DNA of 64,000 bases from Gammaproteobacteria bacterium (lineage in GTDB: Bacteria; Pseudomonadota; Gammaproteobacteria; SZUA-152): NCBI GenBank assembly GCA_021647705.1, contig JAKIUF010000004.1, forward strand, positions 74,878 to 138,877, read 5' to 3'. Positions 40,225 to 50,140 of this stretch are shown here, piece by piece. Numbering within the stretch: the first letter of the stretch is position 1; every line of letters starts with the position of its first letter. A program made the position numbers and the translations under genes. Below the pieces are notes generated by a model. The model saw nothing but the letters and a program-made list of their open reading frames with translations, searched no databases and had not been told where the DNA came from.

Positions 40225-42027
40225 ATGCCATCAAAAATAAACCTGGGGATAACCCTGTTATTACTTTTTTTTCCATTGCTGGTAAATGCTGAGGAGTACC
40301 GGGTACAGGTAAGCGATCTGATCCAGGTATCACTACCGGGTGAAAAAACCCTGGAAAAACCCATCAGCGTGAATCGACAAGGCAGTATCTTGTTACCCGA
40401 AATAGGCCTTATACCGGTAGCTGGTATAACCGAATCCGAAATGAAAATACGGGTCACTGATCACCTAAGCAATGTATTTCGTGACCTAACTCATTTACAA
40501 GTTTATGTCTATAAAAAACAATTGCTAATAAATGTATCAGGATATGTAAATCGACCGGGCGAGTTTACATTAGAAGCCAACGGATCAATACAAATGGCAC
40601 TTCATGCCGCCGATGGGCTACGCACCGGGGCACAACTGGACCGTATACAATTGATTCGCGACGGTACTACCCAAGTGTTTAATTATAAACAATACCTCGA
40701 TAGCGGAAATCATAGCTCACTACCTAAACTGAAGTCTCTGGATACCCTTTTCATACCCGCATCACCCATGACAGGGAATGTTGAAGTAGACTTTGACCCA
40801 TCCAAAATTGCAGATGCCGGTGATGCTGCTGATAACCGCAATGCGGTCAAAATATTTGGGGAAGTAAACCGGCCGGGTAGCTTTTCTCACCGGAAGTCGA
40901 TGAACATTGTCGATCTGCTTATGCGTGCTGGAGGTGTTACTCGTCATGCTGGGGTTGAACAAATCCGGGTAATCACTCAAGGCACACCTGTTTTGTTTGA
41001 TCTGACACAATACCTTGATACCGGTGACGAAAAATTTTTACCCATAATGATGCCGGGTGCTACCATTTTTGTCCCGCGACAAGAGGATGAAATAAAAACC
41101 GGTGAAAACCGGATTTATGTAATGGGTGCGGTCGCCCGACCCGGTGCATTCCAAGGTAAAGAGGGGGCCACATTAATGGATGTGCTGGCCAATGCAGGTG
41201 GGCCAACACGTTTCGCCGAATCAGAACAGATTCGCATTATAAAAACCAACGGTAATATCATCCCGTTTAATCTGGTTGGCTACATGGAAGGCACAACCTC
41301 CCTCCCGCTCCCCGAAATTACACCGGGTGATGCCATTTTCATCCCCGAAAAAAGAAATAGCAATGATAAAAAATCACAATGGATACACCAGGCCTCAGAA
41401 AAATCCATTTACATCTTTGGCCAGGTCGGCTCACCAGGTCGATATGTATTTACTGATGCTATGCATTTTCTGGATATTCTTTCCGCTGCTGATGGCCCTA
41501 CAGGTAATGCCGATATTCACAATATCCGCATTAGTCATCGTAATGCTAAACATGCCCGGGTCAGTAAATTAAATCTGGCATTGTATTTTGAAACCGGTGA
41601 TGAATATCTATTACCTTCAGTAAAAACAGGGGATACTATTTATGTGCCAGAAAAAAACCGCATTTGGCTGGATCAAAGCAAAGAAACTACAATACGTGTA
41701 CTCGGTGCCGTTAATAAACCAGGACGCTATCGCTTCAACAACAGCATGACCCTGCTCGATCTACTTGCAGAAGCTGGCGGCCCAAGCTCAAATGCATATG
41801 TTAAAAAAATTACTGTGGTAAATCTCTCATGTTGCCGGGATCAGGCCCGCAGTTTCGATTTAGCAAAATTCAGCCGTACCGCATCCTTTGCAGACTTACC
41901 CGTATTGCGAGTCGGTGACACCGTATATGTACCCAGCAAAGATGAAAGCACTCTGGAAAAAATGCGCGCCGGCTTGAATGATATATTTCAGCTGACTGCA
42001 CTCTCTGCACTGCTAGGCTTTCTCTAA
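40225..42027 (+). CDS. periplasmic polysaccharide export protein (Wza/EpsA-like, five SLBB repeats)
   Basis: Sec signal; five repeats of a [VI]xGxVxxPGxF...L...L..AGG...A....I.[IL] unit. Confidence 0.8.
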   Translation: MPSKINLGITLLLLFFPLLVNAEEYRVQVSDLIQVSLPGEKTLEKPISVNRQGSILLPEIGLIPVAGITESEMKIRVTDHLSNVFRDLTHLQVYVYKKQLLINVSGYVNRPGEFTLEANGSIQMALHAADGLRTGAQLDRIQLIRDGTTQVFNYKQYLDSGNHSSLPKLKSLDTLFIPASPMTGNVEVDFDPSKIADAGDAADNRNAVKIFGEVNRPGSFSHRKSMNIVDLLMRAGGVTRHAGVEQIRVITQGTPVLFDLTQYLDTGDEKFLPIMMPGATIFVPRQEDEIKTGENRIYVMGAVARPGAFQGKEGATLMDVLANAGGPTRFAESEQIRIIKTNGNIIPFNLVGYMEGTTSLPLPEITPGDAIFIPEKRNSNDKKSQWIHQASEKSIYIFGQVGSPGRYVFTDAMHFLDILSAADGPTGNADIHNIRISHRNAKHARVSKLNLALYFETGDEYLLPSVKTGDTIYVPEKNRIWLDQSKETTIRVLGAVNKPGRYRFNNSMTLLDLLAEAGGPSSNAYVKKITVVNLSCCRDQARSFDLAKFSRTASFADLPVLRVGDTVYVPSKDESTLEKMRAGLNDIFQLTALSALLGFL

Positions 42028-42734
42028 TGCATATCCCATCACAACACATCGAAATCGAACGAATTTACTCCCAGGTTCTCGGCGAAGGAAAACGCTCGAT
42101 AGCCATCAGTTCGGCAAACTCCGGTGAAGGTGTAAGTTCCCTTGCCCAGGCATTGGTACAACGTAATCTTCTGGCCGGTCATTCCACACTGCTGGTTGAC
42201 CTTAATTTACATCATCCTTCTCTCAGCAGCCTGCTCAAACTGGACGAATCGGAACAGGAGGCGGACCTGCTTGATAAACCACAACTGGTTACCGTACAAC
42301 AATCCATTGCATTAACCGGAGTCACTCCTCCAACCCATCGCAGTCTAGTGATGAAACTGCGCAAACCTGGCGTGCTCGAACAATATATCGCAGAGTGGCA
42401 ACAGACATATGATGCTGTAATTTTCGACACGTCACCCATTAATCGCACTAATGCCAACAATATTCCGCCAGAACGGGTTGCTGCTGCCTGTGATGGCAGT
42501 TTGCTGGTTGTGTTGGCAGGCAGTACGACCGAAGCAATGGTTTCCACCGCAGTGAATAAACTAAATGCCGCAGGCGCACAATTATTGGCTTGCATATACA
42601 ATGATCGTGATAACTCTTCCCTCAAAAGTGAATTACTCCGCGAACTTCATCGCCTGGAACCACGTTTCAGTAATATTTCTCATCGTCTCAAAAATTGGGT
42701 GCAACAGAATCAACTACTTTCTATGGAAACCTGA
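42027..42734 (+). CDS. BY-kinase-like P-loop ATPase with degenerate Walker A and A', no TM domain
   Basis: Aligns to the Wzc/CapB kinase domain, but Walker A reads SANSGEGVSS (Lys replaced by Val), A' reads LLVDLNLH (second Asp to Asn), Walker B VIFDTSP; no Tyr-rich tail. Confidence 0.6.
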   Translation: MHIPSQHIEIERIYSQVLGEGKRSIAISSANSGEGVSSLAQALVQRNLLAGHSTLLVDLNLHHPSLSSLLKLDESEQEADLLDKPQLVTVQQSIALTGVTPPTHRSLVMKLRKPGVLEQYIAEWQQTYDAVIFDTSPINRTNANNIPPERVAAACDGSLLVVLAGSTTEAMVSTAVNKLNAAGAQLLACIYNDRDNSSLKSELLRELHRLEPRFSNISHRLKNWVQQNQLLSMET

Positions 42735-42778
42735 AAAGGCGATCACTCAGGTGCCACAAAACTATTAACGGGATAATC

Positions 42779-44320
42779 ATGGATCGCCTACTATTTGAAA
42801 CTCAAAAACCAGTTACGCTGGAAGCAGTCCGTGAATTACGCCACCTGCTTGAGCCGGTTGTACAGGCCACTGTACCTGACCTTTCCATTCAACATCGTAT
42901 TTTGCTCTGCCTTTCTGAAGCAGTGACAAATCTCGTTTTACATGCCGCTCCCAAAGCAAACCTAGTCACTATGTGTTTTGGGCTCAATAGCTATGGATGG
43001 TGGCTGGAACTCCTGGACGATGGTGCATCATGGGATCCATCCCAACATAAACCAATCCATACCCAAAATCAGTTTGAATTGAGTGAACATGGGCGAGGTA
43101 CTTCTCTGCTACACACACAATGCGAACGAATGAAATATTATTCTGGTGATACTGAAAAGCCCAATCAATTACGAATGATCTGGGCAACACCGAAACAGCA
43201 CCTTCGTCCAACTATCTTGATAGTAGAAGACGATGCGTCTTTACGCCGAGTCTATGCCGCTTATCTTACTGAAGATTTCGAGCTACGCATGGCATCCAAT
43301 GGTCATGAAGCACTACAACAATTAAATACCAATAAAATTGATTTGGTTTTATCAGATATTAACATGCCACAGATGAGCGGATTTTCCTTACGGAAAAACC
43401 TGAAACAAGCATCGGGCACAAATATAATGCCCTTTATATTTTTAACTGCTTTTAATGATGCTCACATGCAAAAACAGGCAGCAAGCTTGGGTATTGATGA
43501 TTATTTGGTAAAGCCCGTTGATAAAACACAATTGGTTCACACGATTAACCGTGTGTTAGGACGTTCACAACAAATATATCGACACCTGACAGACCGAATA
43601 GATAAAAATATTACATCATCACTGGCTCCGAAATTACCGGATAAATCACACGGCTGGCGTCTTTGTTTTGCCAACCGTCATACAGGCATTGGTGGGGGAG
43701 ATTTACTCCTACACCGAAGCAGTGAAGAACAATTGGTACTTGTGTTAATTGATATCATGGGCCATGACGACTGTGCTAAGTTTTTTGCTTACGCTTATGG
43801 AGGATATCTTCGCGGATTAATGCACAGCAGTGCAACCGACATATCTCCTTCACAGTTATTGGAAAAACTATCAGAAAGTGCGCTACAGGATGAATTGTTG
43901 TCACAAGTGACATTAACCAGCTGCGTGGTAACTCTTTCACCAGGAGGGAAAATAACACTGGCCAGTGCAGGCCACCCACCGCCACTTATAATCAGTAAAA
44001 ACGGCACTGAAGCAATACCCATTGGCGGCATACTACCTGGCCTTTTGCCCGCCACAACGTATCAAACAAAATCCATACACCTTGCAAATGGGGAGCGTGT
44101 AGCCCTTTATACTGATGGTCTGTTCGAATCAGCTGAAGACAGTGATACCCGAAAAAAACTGGAATCCCGCATAACCACTGCGTTAACAGATACTCTCAAC
44201 AACCCCATTGAACAATCGATACAGACAGCTATGGACGTATTTGATGAACTTGCAGGAACCCCCCCCAAAGATGACACATTATTATTATTAATGGAGAAGA
44301 TAAAACCTTGCCCAATATAA
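42779..44320 (+). CDS. anti-sigma kinase (HATPase_c_2) - receiver - PP2C/SpoIIE phosphatase fusion
   Basis: EAVTNLVLHA...WWLELLDDGASWDP resembles RsbW/SpoIIAB; REC residues PTILIVEDD...LVLSDINMP...VKP; PP2C residues GGDLL...DIMGHD...YTDGLFE. Confidence 0.75.
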   Translation: MDRLLFETQKPVTLEAVRELRHLLEPVVQATVPDLSIQHRILLCLSEAVTNLVLHAAPKANLVTMCFGLNSYGWWLELLDDGASWDPSQHKPIHTQNQFELSEHGRGTSLLHTQCERMKYYSGDTEKPNQLRMIWATPKQHLRPTILIVEDDASLRRVYAAYLTEDFELRMASNGHEALQQLNTNKIDLVLSDINMPQMSGFSLRKNLKQASGTNIMPFIFLTAFNDAHMQKQAASLGIDDYLVKPVDKTQLVHTINRVLGRSQQIYRHLTDRIDKNITSSLAPKLPDKSHGWRLCFANRHTGIGGGDLLLHRSSEEQLVLVLIDIMGHDDCAKFFAYAYGGYLRGLMHSSATDISPSQLLEKLSESALQDELLSQVTLTSCVVTLSPGGKITLASAGHPPPLIISKNGTEAIPIGGILPGLLPATTYQTKSIHLANGERVALYTDGLFESAEDSDTRKKLESRITTALTDTLNNPIEQSIQTAMDVFDELAGTPPKDDTLLLLMEKIKPCPI

Positions 44321-44419
44321 AATAAAATCATTGGTTGATATTCAGTGGAGCAAGCTGTTTCTCGTTCACGAATCACAACATGATAACAAGAAAAATATAT
44401 TAAAAAATTCCAAATACCG

Positions 44420-44480
44420 TGAATCTCTGCATTCCTTGCGTCTTCGCACCTTTGCTTTGCTTTGCATTTTCATTATTCAG
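44420..44480. repeat. fragment of the MITE core
   Basis: gaatctctgcattccttgcgtcttcgcacctttgc...ttttcattattcag matches 29060-29125. Confidence 0.5.
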
Positions 44481-46791
44481 ATTTCACAAGTACAGCACCC
44501 TCATACCCGGTTAGACTAATCGTATTAGTGGCGGCTGTGAGTGTTCCATCATAATTTACACGACGGTAATAGCCGGGCAATACAAGTTCATGTGTAACGG
44601 ACATGAATTCTGGGTCACCACCAAAGAAATCAGTATGATACAAAACAAGGCCATTAGTGTAATCACGAGCAATAATCATTTGTTGCGGAAAATTAACACC
44701 ACCAATGGATTTTTTATCGTCTGATTGCCAAGCGTAGTAAATGTTCGACGGAGTCACTGGCACAGAACCCACCTGGTCAAACGTGGCTATACCTGGGTGA
44801 GCTAATACTAACTGAGTGCTATCACCTATCACCGCATAGTCATTATCTGTTGTTTTTGCTGTATAACGCAAAGGCTGAACAGTTTGATCAGGCCACTCTT
44901 GAACCTTTTTTGCAGGACTTCCGATATCGACAGATAACATGAGAGATGGTTGGTAAGCAATATTCTTAGGGATTCCTGGTTGATAAAAATTCCCTTCTTC
45001 AGTATTTCCAGAACCATAGTTATAACTATTATTCCAACTGGTATAAAAAGTTTTCCCAGGAATATTAACTAGATAATACATGGCCAGTCCCGTTGAAATT
45101 CTCGACTCCCAAGCAGTCTTTGTATTCAACATTGGAATAGAACCTGTCCACCCGGCATGAGCAATAATAGTTGTTGTTTTATTGCTTTGTGCCAGAGCAA
45201 AAATATCCCACATTTTTGCTATACCAAAATAACCATCAAGCCCCTGTCCAGGGCGAATATAATCTTCACGAAGAAACGTATCAAATACATCAACATATTT
45301 CATTTTGTTATTTCGGAGTGAAAAGATATTTTCCGCTGATGTGTTTGCTGCCACCCAAGAACTCCCTGACACGGACTTTATTTCCCGGATAGTGTCAAGA
45401 AAAGCATCCTGATACTTTTCTTTAAATACCGGATCATCAACCATAAGTCCATGTTCTATCGTTTTACCACCAACTCCGGCAACATTTACCCCCTCAAGTT
45501 TGAAGACATCATCGTTATATGCACCTGCCCGAGAATTTTTAATCCATTCCTGGTTTATGACATTTGCTATAGCTGCCCTGTAGGATGGGTTAAGAAAATC
45601 AGGCCTTTGAAAATTTGAGGTCTTACCCCACATATTACCAAGTGGTGTTACTCTTGATTCATAACGAAACCGTGCGGAAGCTGTCGTATTCACACGACCT
45701 TTAAATTCTGCGGCATCAATATACCCGTCACCATTTTTATCATTTTCCGAATCCCACCCACGAATCAGGCGCTTCTGGTTGAGTTTATTAATATATGGCA
45801 TAAAGTCTTTTATCATAATATCCTGAACAACCGGTTGATCATTAATATCTTCATCAACACGGCATATTTTTACAATATAAAACTTTTTGCCCTCCTTAAT
45901 ATACTTATTCCCAAAAAATTGCCCTGTTTTATTATTTGGGTCATATGTCGCCGCTTTCACCCAGTCACTAGCAGGCTGCCAACTTATGACACCCGAAATT
46001 TTCAACCCGTTAGTACCATCCATCATACCTGAATCACTGGTATTCCATTGATTCACTACACCATTATCGGCATCAATTCCGGAAGGATATTTCACAACCA
46101 ATCGCCCTGTTGTCGCTGTCGATTTCAGCATAAATTCCACTTGGTCAAACTTCTCTGGCATATAAATAAAAACACACCCCCCCTTTTCTGATCCGTTGAA
46201 AGGCTCAATTTCATAAGGGGGAAATTTCCAGACAAGAAACCCCGAGTGATTTTCCTCCGCTGTCCAGCCAGCAATCCATGGGCGTCGGTTTAAGGGTGTA
46301 TATATTGAATGATCTGGATATTGACCCTGAACAATAGTGTCTTCTGCGAAATGAAGAAAGTAACTTTCATAATCCTCACTAACACGTTCAGCATATTCAC
46401 GCAAATCAAACCCGACTGAGGTCGGAGAAAAATCTATTTTTTGAACATATATATAACCAATGTTAATTATATTATCAGCTGCTGACTTATCATAAGTTGA
46501 GCCAAATACAGCATCAGCATGATTCAACTCCCAGTCAATCAGTTGATCTTTTGTTGAAATGGGATACCCCATGGGGTCATAACTGTCAGCGTGATAACCA
46601 GGAATAATCCATGCTGTTAAAGTGGATGGATACACTTCTGTACGAAAGTTGGAATCAGTTACTGGTGCCGTGGCATCAATAGGGGTTTCTTCGCTTGCAC
46701 CCCCTCCACAGGAACTCAACAACGAAACGAAAATTATCATCAATAATAATCTATGAATAAAACGAGGAAATATAACCGGGTCTCTTTGCAT
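44473..46791 (-). CDS. large secreted lipoprotein, possibly a glycoside-hydrolase-like enzyme
   Basis: Lipobox LLSSCGGG; 772 aa; NGDGYIDAAEF is a Ca-binding-like loop; no confident family assignment. Confidence 0.45.
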   Translation of the reverse strand: MQRDPVIFPRFIHRLLLMIIFVSLLSSCGGGASEETPIDATAPVTDSNFRTEVYPSTLTAWIIPGYHADSYDPMGYPISTKDQLIDWELNHADAVFGSTYDKSAADNIINIGYIYVQKIDFSPTSVGFDLREYAERVSEDYESYFLHFAEDTIVQGQYPDHSIYTPLNRRPWIAGWTAEENHSGFLVWKFPPYEIEPFNGSEKGGCVFIYMPEKFDQVEFMLKSTATTGRLVVKYPSGIDADNGVVNQWNTSDSGMMDGTNGLKISGVISWQPASDWVKAATYDPNNKTGQFFGNKYIKEGKKFYIVKICRVDEDINDQPVVQDIMIKDFMPYINKLNQKRLIRGWDSENDKNGDGYIDAAEFKGRVNTTASARFRYESRVTPLGNMWGKTSNFQRPDFLNPSYRAAIANVINQEWIKNSRAGAYNDDVFKLEGVNVAGVGGKTIEHGLMVDDPVFKEKYQDAFLDTIREIKSVSGSSWVAANTSAENIFSLRNNKMKYVDVFDTFLREDYIRPGQGLDGYFGIAKMWDIFALAQSNKTTTIIAHAGWTGSIPMLNTKTAWESRISTGLAMYYLVNIPGKTFYTSWNNSYNYGSGNTEEGNFYQPGIPKNIAYQPSLMLSVDIGSPAKKVQEWPDQTVQPLRYTAKTTDNDYAVIGDSTQLVLAHPGIATFDQVGSVPVTPSNIYYAWQSDDKKSIGGVNFPQQMIIARDYTNGLVLYHTDFFGGDPEFMSVTHELVLPGYYRRVNYDGTLTAATNTISLTGYEGAVLVKSE

Positions 46792-47788
46792 CGCGATTGC
46801 TCCATTTTTTATTTATTAATGCGGCAACAAATTTTCTGCGGAACTTTTTCCAGCATTAACCATAATAATTTCAGGAAAGTCTTATTTCTTGATACCGCGA
46901 CGGTCTAAAATTACGATAAGATTAAATGATGCATCACCACTATTTGATGAAAAACAGTATAACGAGTTCAGCATTACAATGATATTGTACAAAAAAACAT
47001 TAAAGGCACACATTATGTGCTTTTATCTATTGAAGCTAATGAATGAACAATACTGAGAATAATTTTTGTATTCTTATTACTTAATATTGACAACCAAACG
47101 CAGATAAAACCCTGCCGTTCTTTTGCAAAACGCAAAGCAAAATAAAAAATAACTCGCACTAAAATCTCAATTTGATAAAAATATAACAACTAAGCTTTAA
47201 AAAATCTGTAAATCACTAGCCATACAAAGTATATTACAAGAAATGATTCATTGGCACGATAGTTGCTAATTTTACCTTGGGTGGGTTCCAGCCATATATA
47301 GATGCTATTAAAGAACCCCTTGGCGTTCATCATCACTAATAAAAATACTCATCATACTCAAGCATGCGTTAATTTTTTCATGCTTGGTTAAGGGTAGACG
47401 AAAAATGTAAGGACCTCCACGGAAGAAAAAAATCCTTGTATAAGCCGATTCCACCACCTTCGGTTCAGAAACTTACCTGTAATAATTCCCCTATCAGGCA
47501 TTCAGGCTTAGTCTGTAATTTTCCTAACTCACCTACTTTTGGTGCTCGTTATAATTTCCTGTTATTTTTAAGGAAAGAAAAACAGACAAGACGATAAAGT
47601 TCTAAATAAATATACAGGGAAATATTTTATTTCAAATTTTTTCATTAAAAAAATAGACGCCAAAAGCAAATGCTTTAGGCAAAAACTGGCTGAACAAAAT
47701 AATCGCAAGGATGCGGAAGGTAGGACGACTCAATAGATAAAACAAAATGGGGAAATAATTACATGCATATTTTAAAGGCAGGTATAAA

Positions 47789-50140
47789 TTGAACCTTTGC
47801 AAACACGGACAAACCCTATTGATCTATATTTCCAGATCAACCCACATACGACGGTGGCCCCTCTGGTTACAACTGGCACTGGCAATGACGATTGTTTTTT
47901 TTCTAGTCAATTTAATTGCTGCATCATTAGTCCGCTATGTGGTCAGTAATTTTGAATTCAAACAGGCGGAAGAACAAAGCCACAATTCTTTTGCGCTTTT
48001 TTCTGTCGCCATCATTGATGCTGTTATCACGGAAGATATACCCTTGATAAACACTGTTGTGGCGCGCTCTTTGGAGCGTATCCCCAACATCACGGCTCTC
48101 TCCATTGAAAGTGAGAAAGGTAAATTATTTGCCAAGCATTCACGAGAAGACACCATAATCAGCAACAATATACGTGACTACCACTACGCTATCGAGCTTG
48201 AAGGAAAGCGATTGGGCACTATTAATATCAGCTGGAATATGGCTCCGATCCAGAAAAAAATAAATCGTCATATAACCAAATTTCAATTATTTATTGCTAC
48301 TATTTTTTCTCTTTTGACCGGCCTGACAATCATACTCATACATTACCTTACCGTTCGCCCGATACATAATGCAACTCACTACCTAACTGCATTGTCAGAG
48401 AATAAACAATCTTTTCCGCTAAAAAATAGGTTCCTTACCAATCGCGAACTAGAGCTCCTCAAAATATCAGCGGACAATTTTGTCCGCATCATGCAACAAC
48501 GTGAGCACGATCTACTACAAACATGCAAAAAATTACAAATTTCCCGTGACGAAACCCTCAATGCCAACCGGGAAAAATCAGATTTTCTGGCTACGGTGAG
48601 CCATGAAATCCGCATTCCGATGAATGCTGTGCTAGGCGTTCTCAGCTTGCTTAAAAACACCTCTCTGGATAATAAACAGCTACAGTTGGTACGCACTGGC
48701 TGTGATTCTGGTGAACTGCTATTGACCATTATCAATGATATTCTCGATTTTTCCAAAATGGAAGCTGACAAATTACAATTAAAGCACACCAGCTTTAATT
48801 TACATCGACTGCTCACCAATAGCGTCGAATTGCTAAAACCACAGGCAGACCAAAAAATGCTGGCCCTCATTCTTTTTTTAGAGGCCGATCTTCCCTGTTA
48901 CGCCAAGGGAGACCCAGATCGCCTGTGCCAAATTCTAATCAACCTGATCAATAATGCCATTAAGTTTACTTCCGTCGGCAGAATCAGCATCAGAGCCTCA
49001 GCAACCTATCTTGGCAATGAAAGCTTTACCTTTCGCTGCTCTGTGCAGGACACAGGCATAGGTATTGCCAAAGACTTCCAGGCATCACTGTTTGAAAAAT
49101 TTACGATGGGAAATCAAAGCCACTCCAGAAACCATGAGGGTACCGGCCTGGGTCTGGCCATCTGTAAACACTTAGTTACTCTTATGCAGGGCAATATCAA
49201 CTTTGACAGCACACCTGGAAATGGCAGCACTTTTACATTTACCATTACACTGGGAACCGCAAACGAGCAGGAAAGCACGGATAGAACGACATTAAATAAA
49301 ATCCAAGAATTACCGACAACTAATACCCGAATTTTACTGGCTGAAGACAATCCGGCCAATCAAATGGTCATCAAAAATATTCTGGAACATGCCGGCCTGC
49401 AAGTGGATATTGCCACCAACGGCCGCGAGGCAATAGAAGCTGTACGCACCCTGCCCTATGATATTGTGCTAATGGATGTTTCTATGCCGGATATGGATGG
49501 TATCAGCGCTACACGAGAAATCCGCCAACTCCCCGGAGAAACCGGAAAACTGCCTATTGTAGCACTCACTGCTCATTCTCTGTCAGGCGATAGAGAACGC
49601 TTTATTCAAGCCGGTATGGATGATTATTTAACCAAACCCATAGACCATATTGCCACCTTGCATTGCATCGCCCGTTGGACAAAAAGCATTAACACCCAAG
49701 AATTGAAAAATGACCGTACAATAAAGCACACCAACCCATCTTCTGCCAATGCCGGGGATGGATATGTTGCCCCATTAGTCGATACAGATATACTACAACA
49801 GTTGGTATATGACACTTCACCAGAAATCATAACTGAATTGTTGACGCTGTATATTAATGATGCCCGTAAACGAATAAAGAAAATACAGGCTGCAATAACA
49901 ACGCCTGATTTCAACATTTTGGAATTTGAAAGCCATACCCTGAGTAGTAGTGCTATCACCCATGGCAACCTTAAACTCCATCACCTTGCGAAAAAAATTG
50001 AACAATTTTGTCAACGGGGTGATTATGAGAAAGTGCTCACATACGCCAGCTCGCTGTCAGCACTTGCGAATGAGTCCTTTATTTCATTAGAAAAATATCG
50101 GTCTACGATAAAGGTGGGACAGGAATCGCCCGAATCTTGA
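47789..50140 (+). CDS. hybrid sensor histidine kinase (two TM periplasmic sensor, HisKA, HATPase, REC, Hpt)
   Basis: H-box ATVSHEIRIPMN; G-boxes DTGIGI/GTGLGLAI; REC ILLAEDNPANQ...LMDVSMP; C-terminal Hpt ESHTLSSSA. Confidence 0.9.
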   Translation: MNLCKHGQTLLIYISRSTHIRRWPLWLQLALAMTIVFFLVNLIAASLVRYVVSNFEFKQAEEQSHNSFALFSVAIIDAVITEDIPLINTVVARSLERIPNITALSIESEKGKLFAKHSREDTIISNNIRDYHYAIELEGKRLGTINISWNMAPIQKKINRHITKFQLFIATIFSLLTGLTIILIHYLTVRPIHNATHYLTALSENKQSFPLKNRFLTNRELELLKISADNFVRIMQQREHDLLQTCKKLQISRDETLNANREKSDFLATVSHEIRIPMNAVLGVLSLLKNTSLDNKQLQLVRTGCDSGELLLTIINDILDFSKMEADKLQLKHTSFNLHRLLTNSVELLKPQADQKMLALILFLEADLPCYAKGDPDRLCQILINLINNAIKFTSVGRISIRASATYLGNESFTFRCSVQDTGIGIAKDFQASLFEKFTMGNQSHSRNHEGTGLGLAICKHLVTLMQGNINFDSTPGNGSTFTFTITLGTANEQESTDRTTLNKIQELPTTNTRILLAEDNPANQMVIKNILEHAGLQVDIATNGREAIEAVRTLPYDIVLMDVSMPDMDGISATREIRQLPGETGKLPIVALTAHSLSGDRERFIQAGMDDYLTKPIDHIATLHCIARWTKSINTQELKNDRTIKHTNPSSANAGDGYVAPLVDTDILQQLVYDTSPEIITELLTLYINDARKRIKKIQAAITTPDFNILEFESHTLSSSAITHGNLKLHHLAKKIEQFCQRGDYEKVLTYASSLSALANESFISLEKYRSTIKVGQESPES

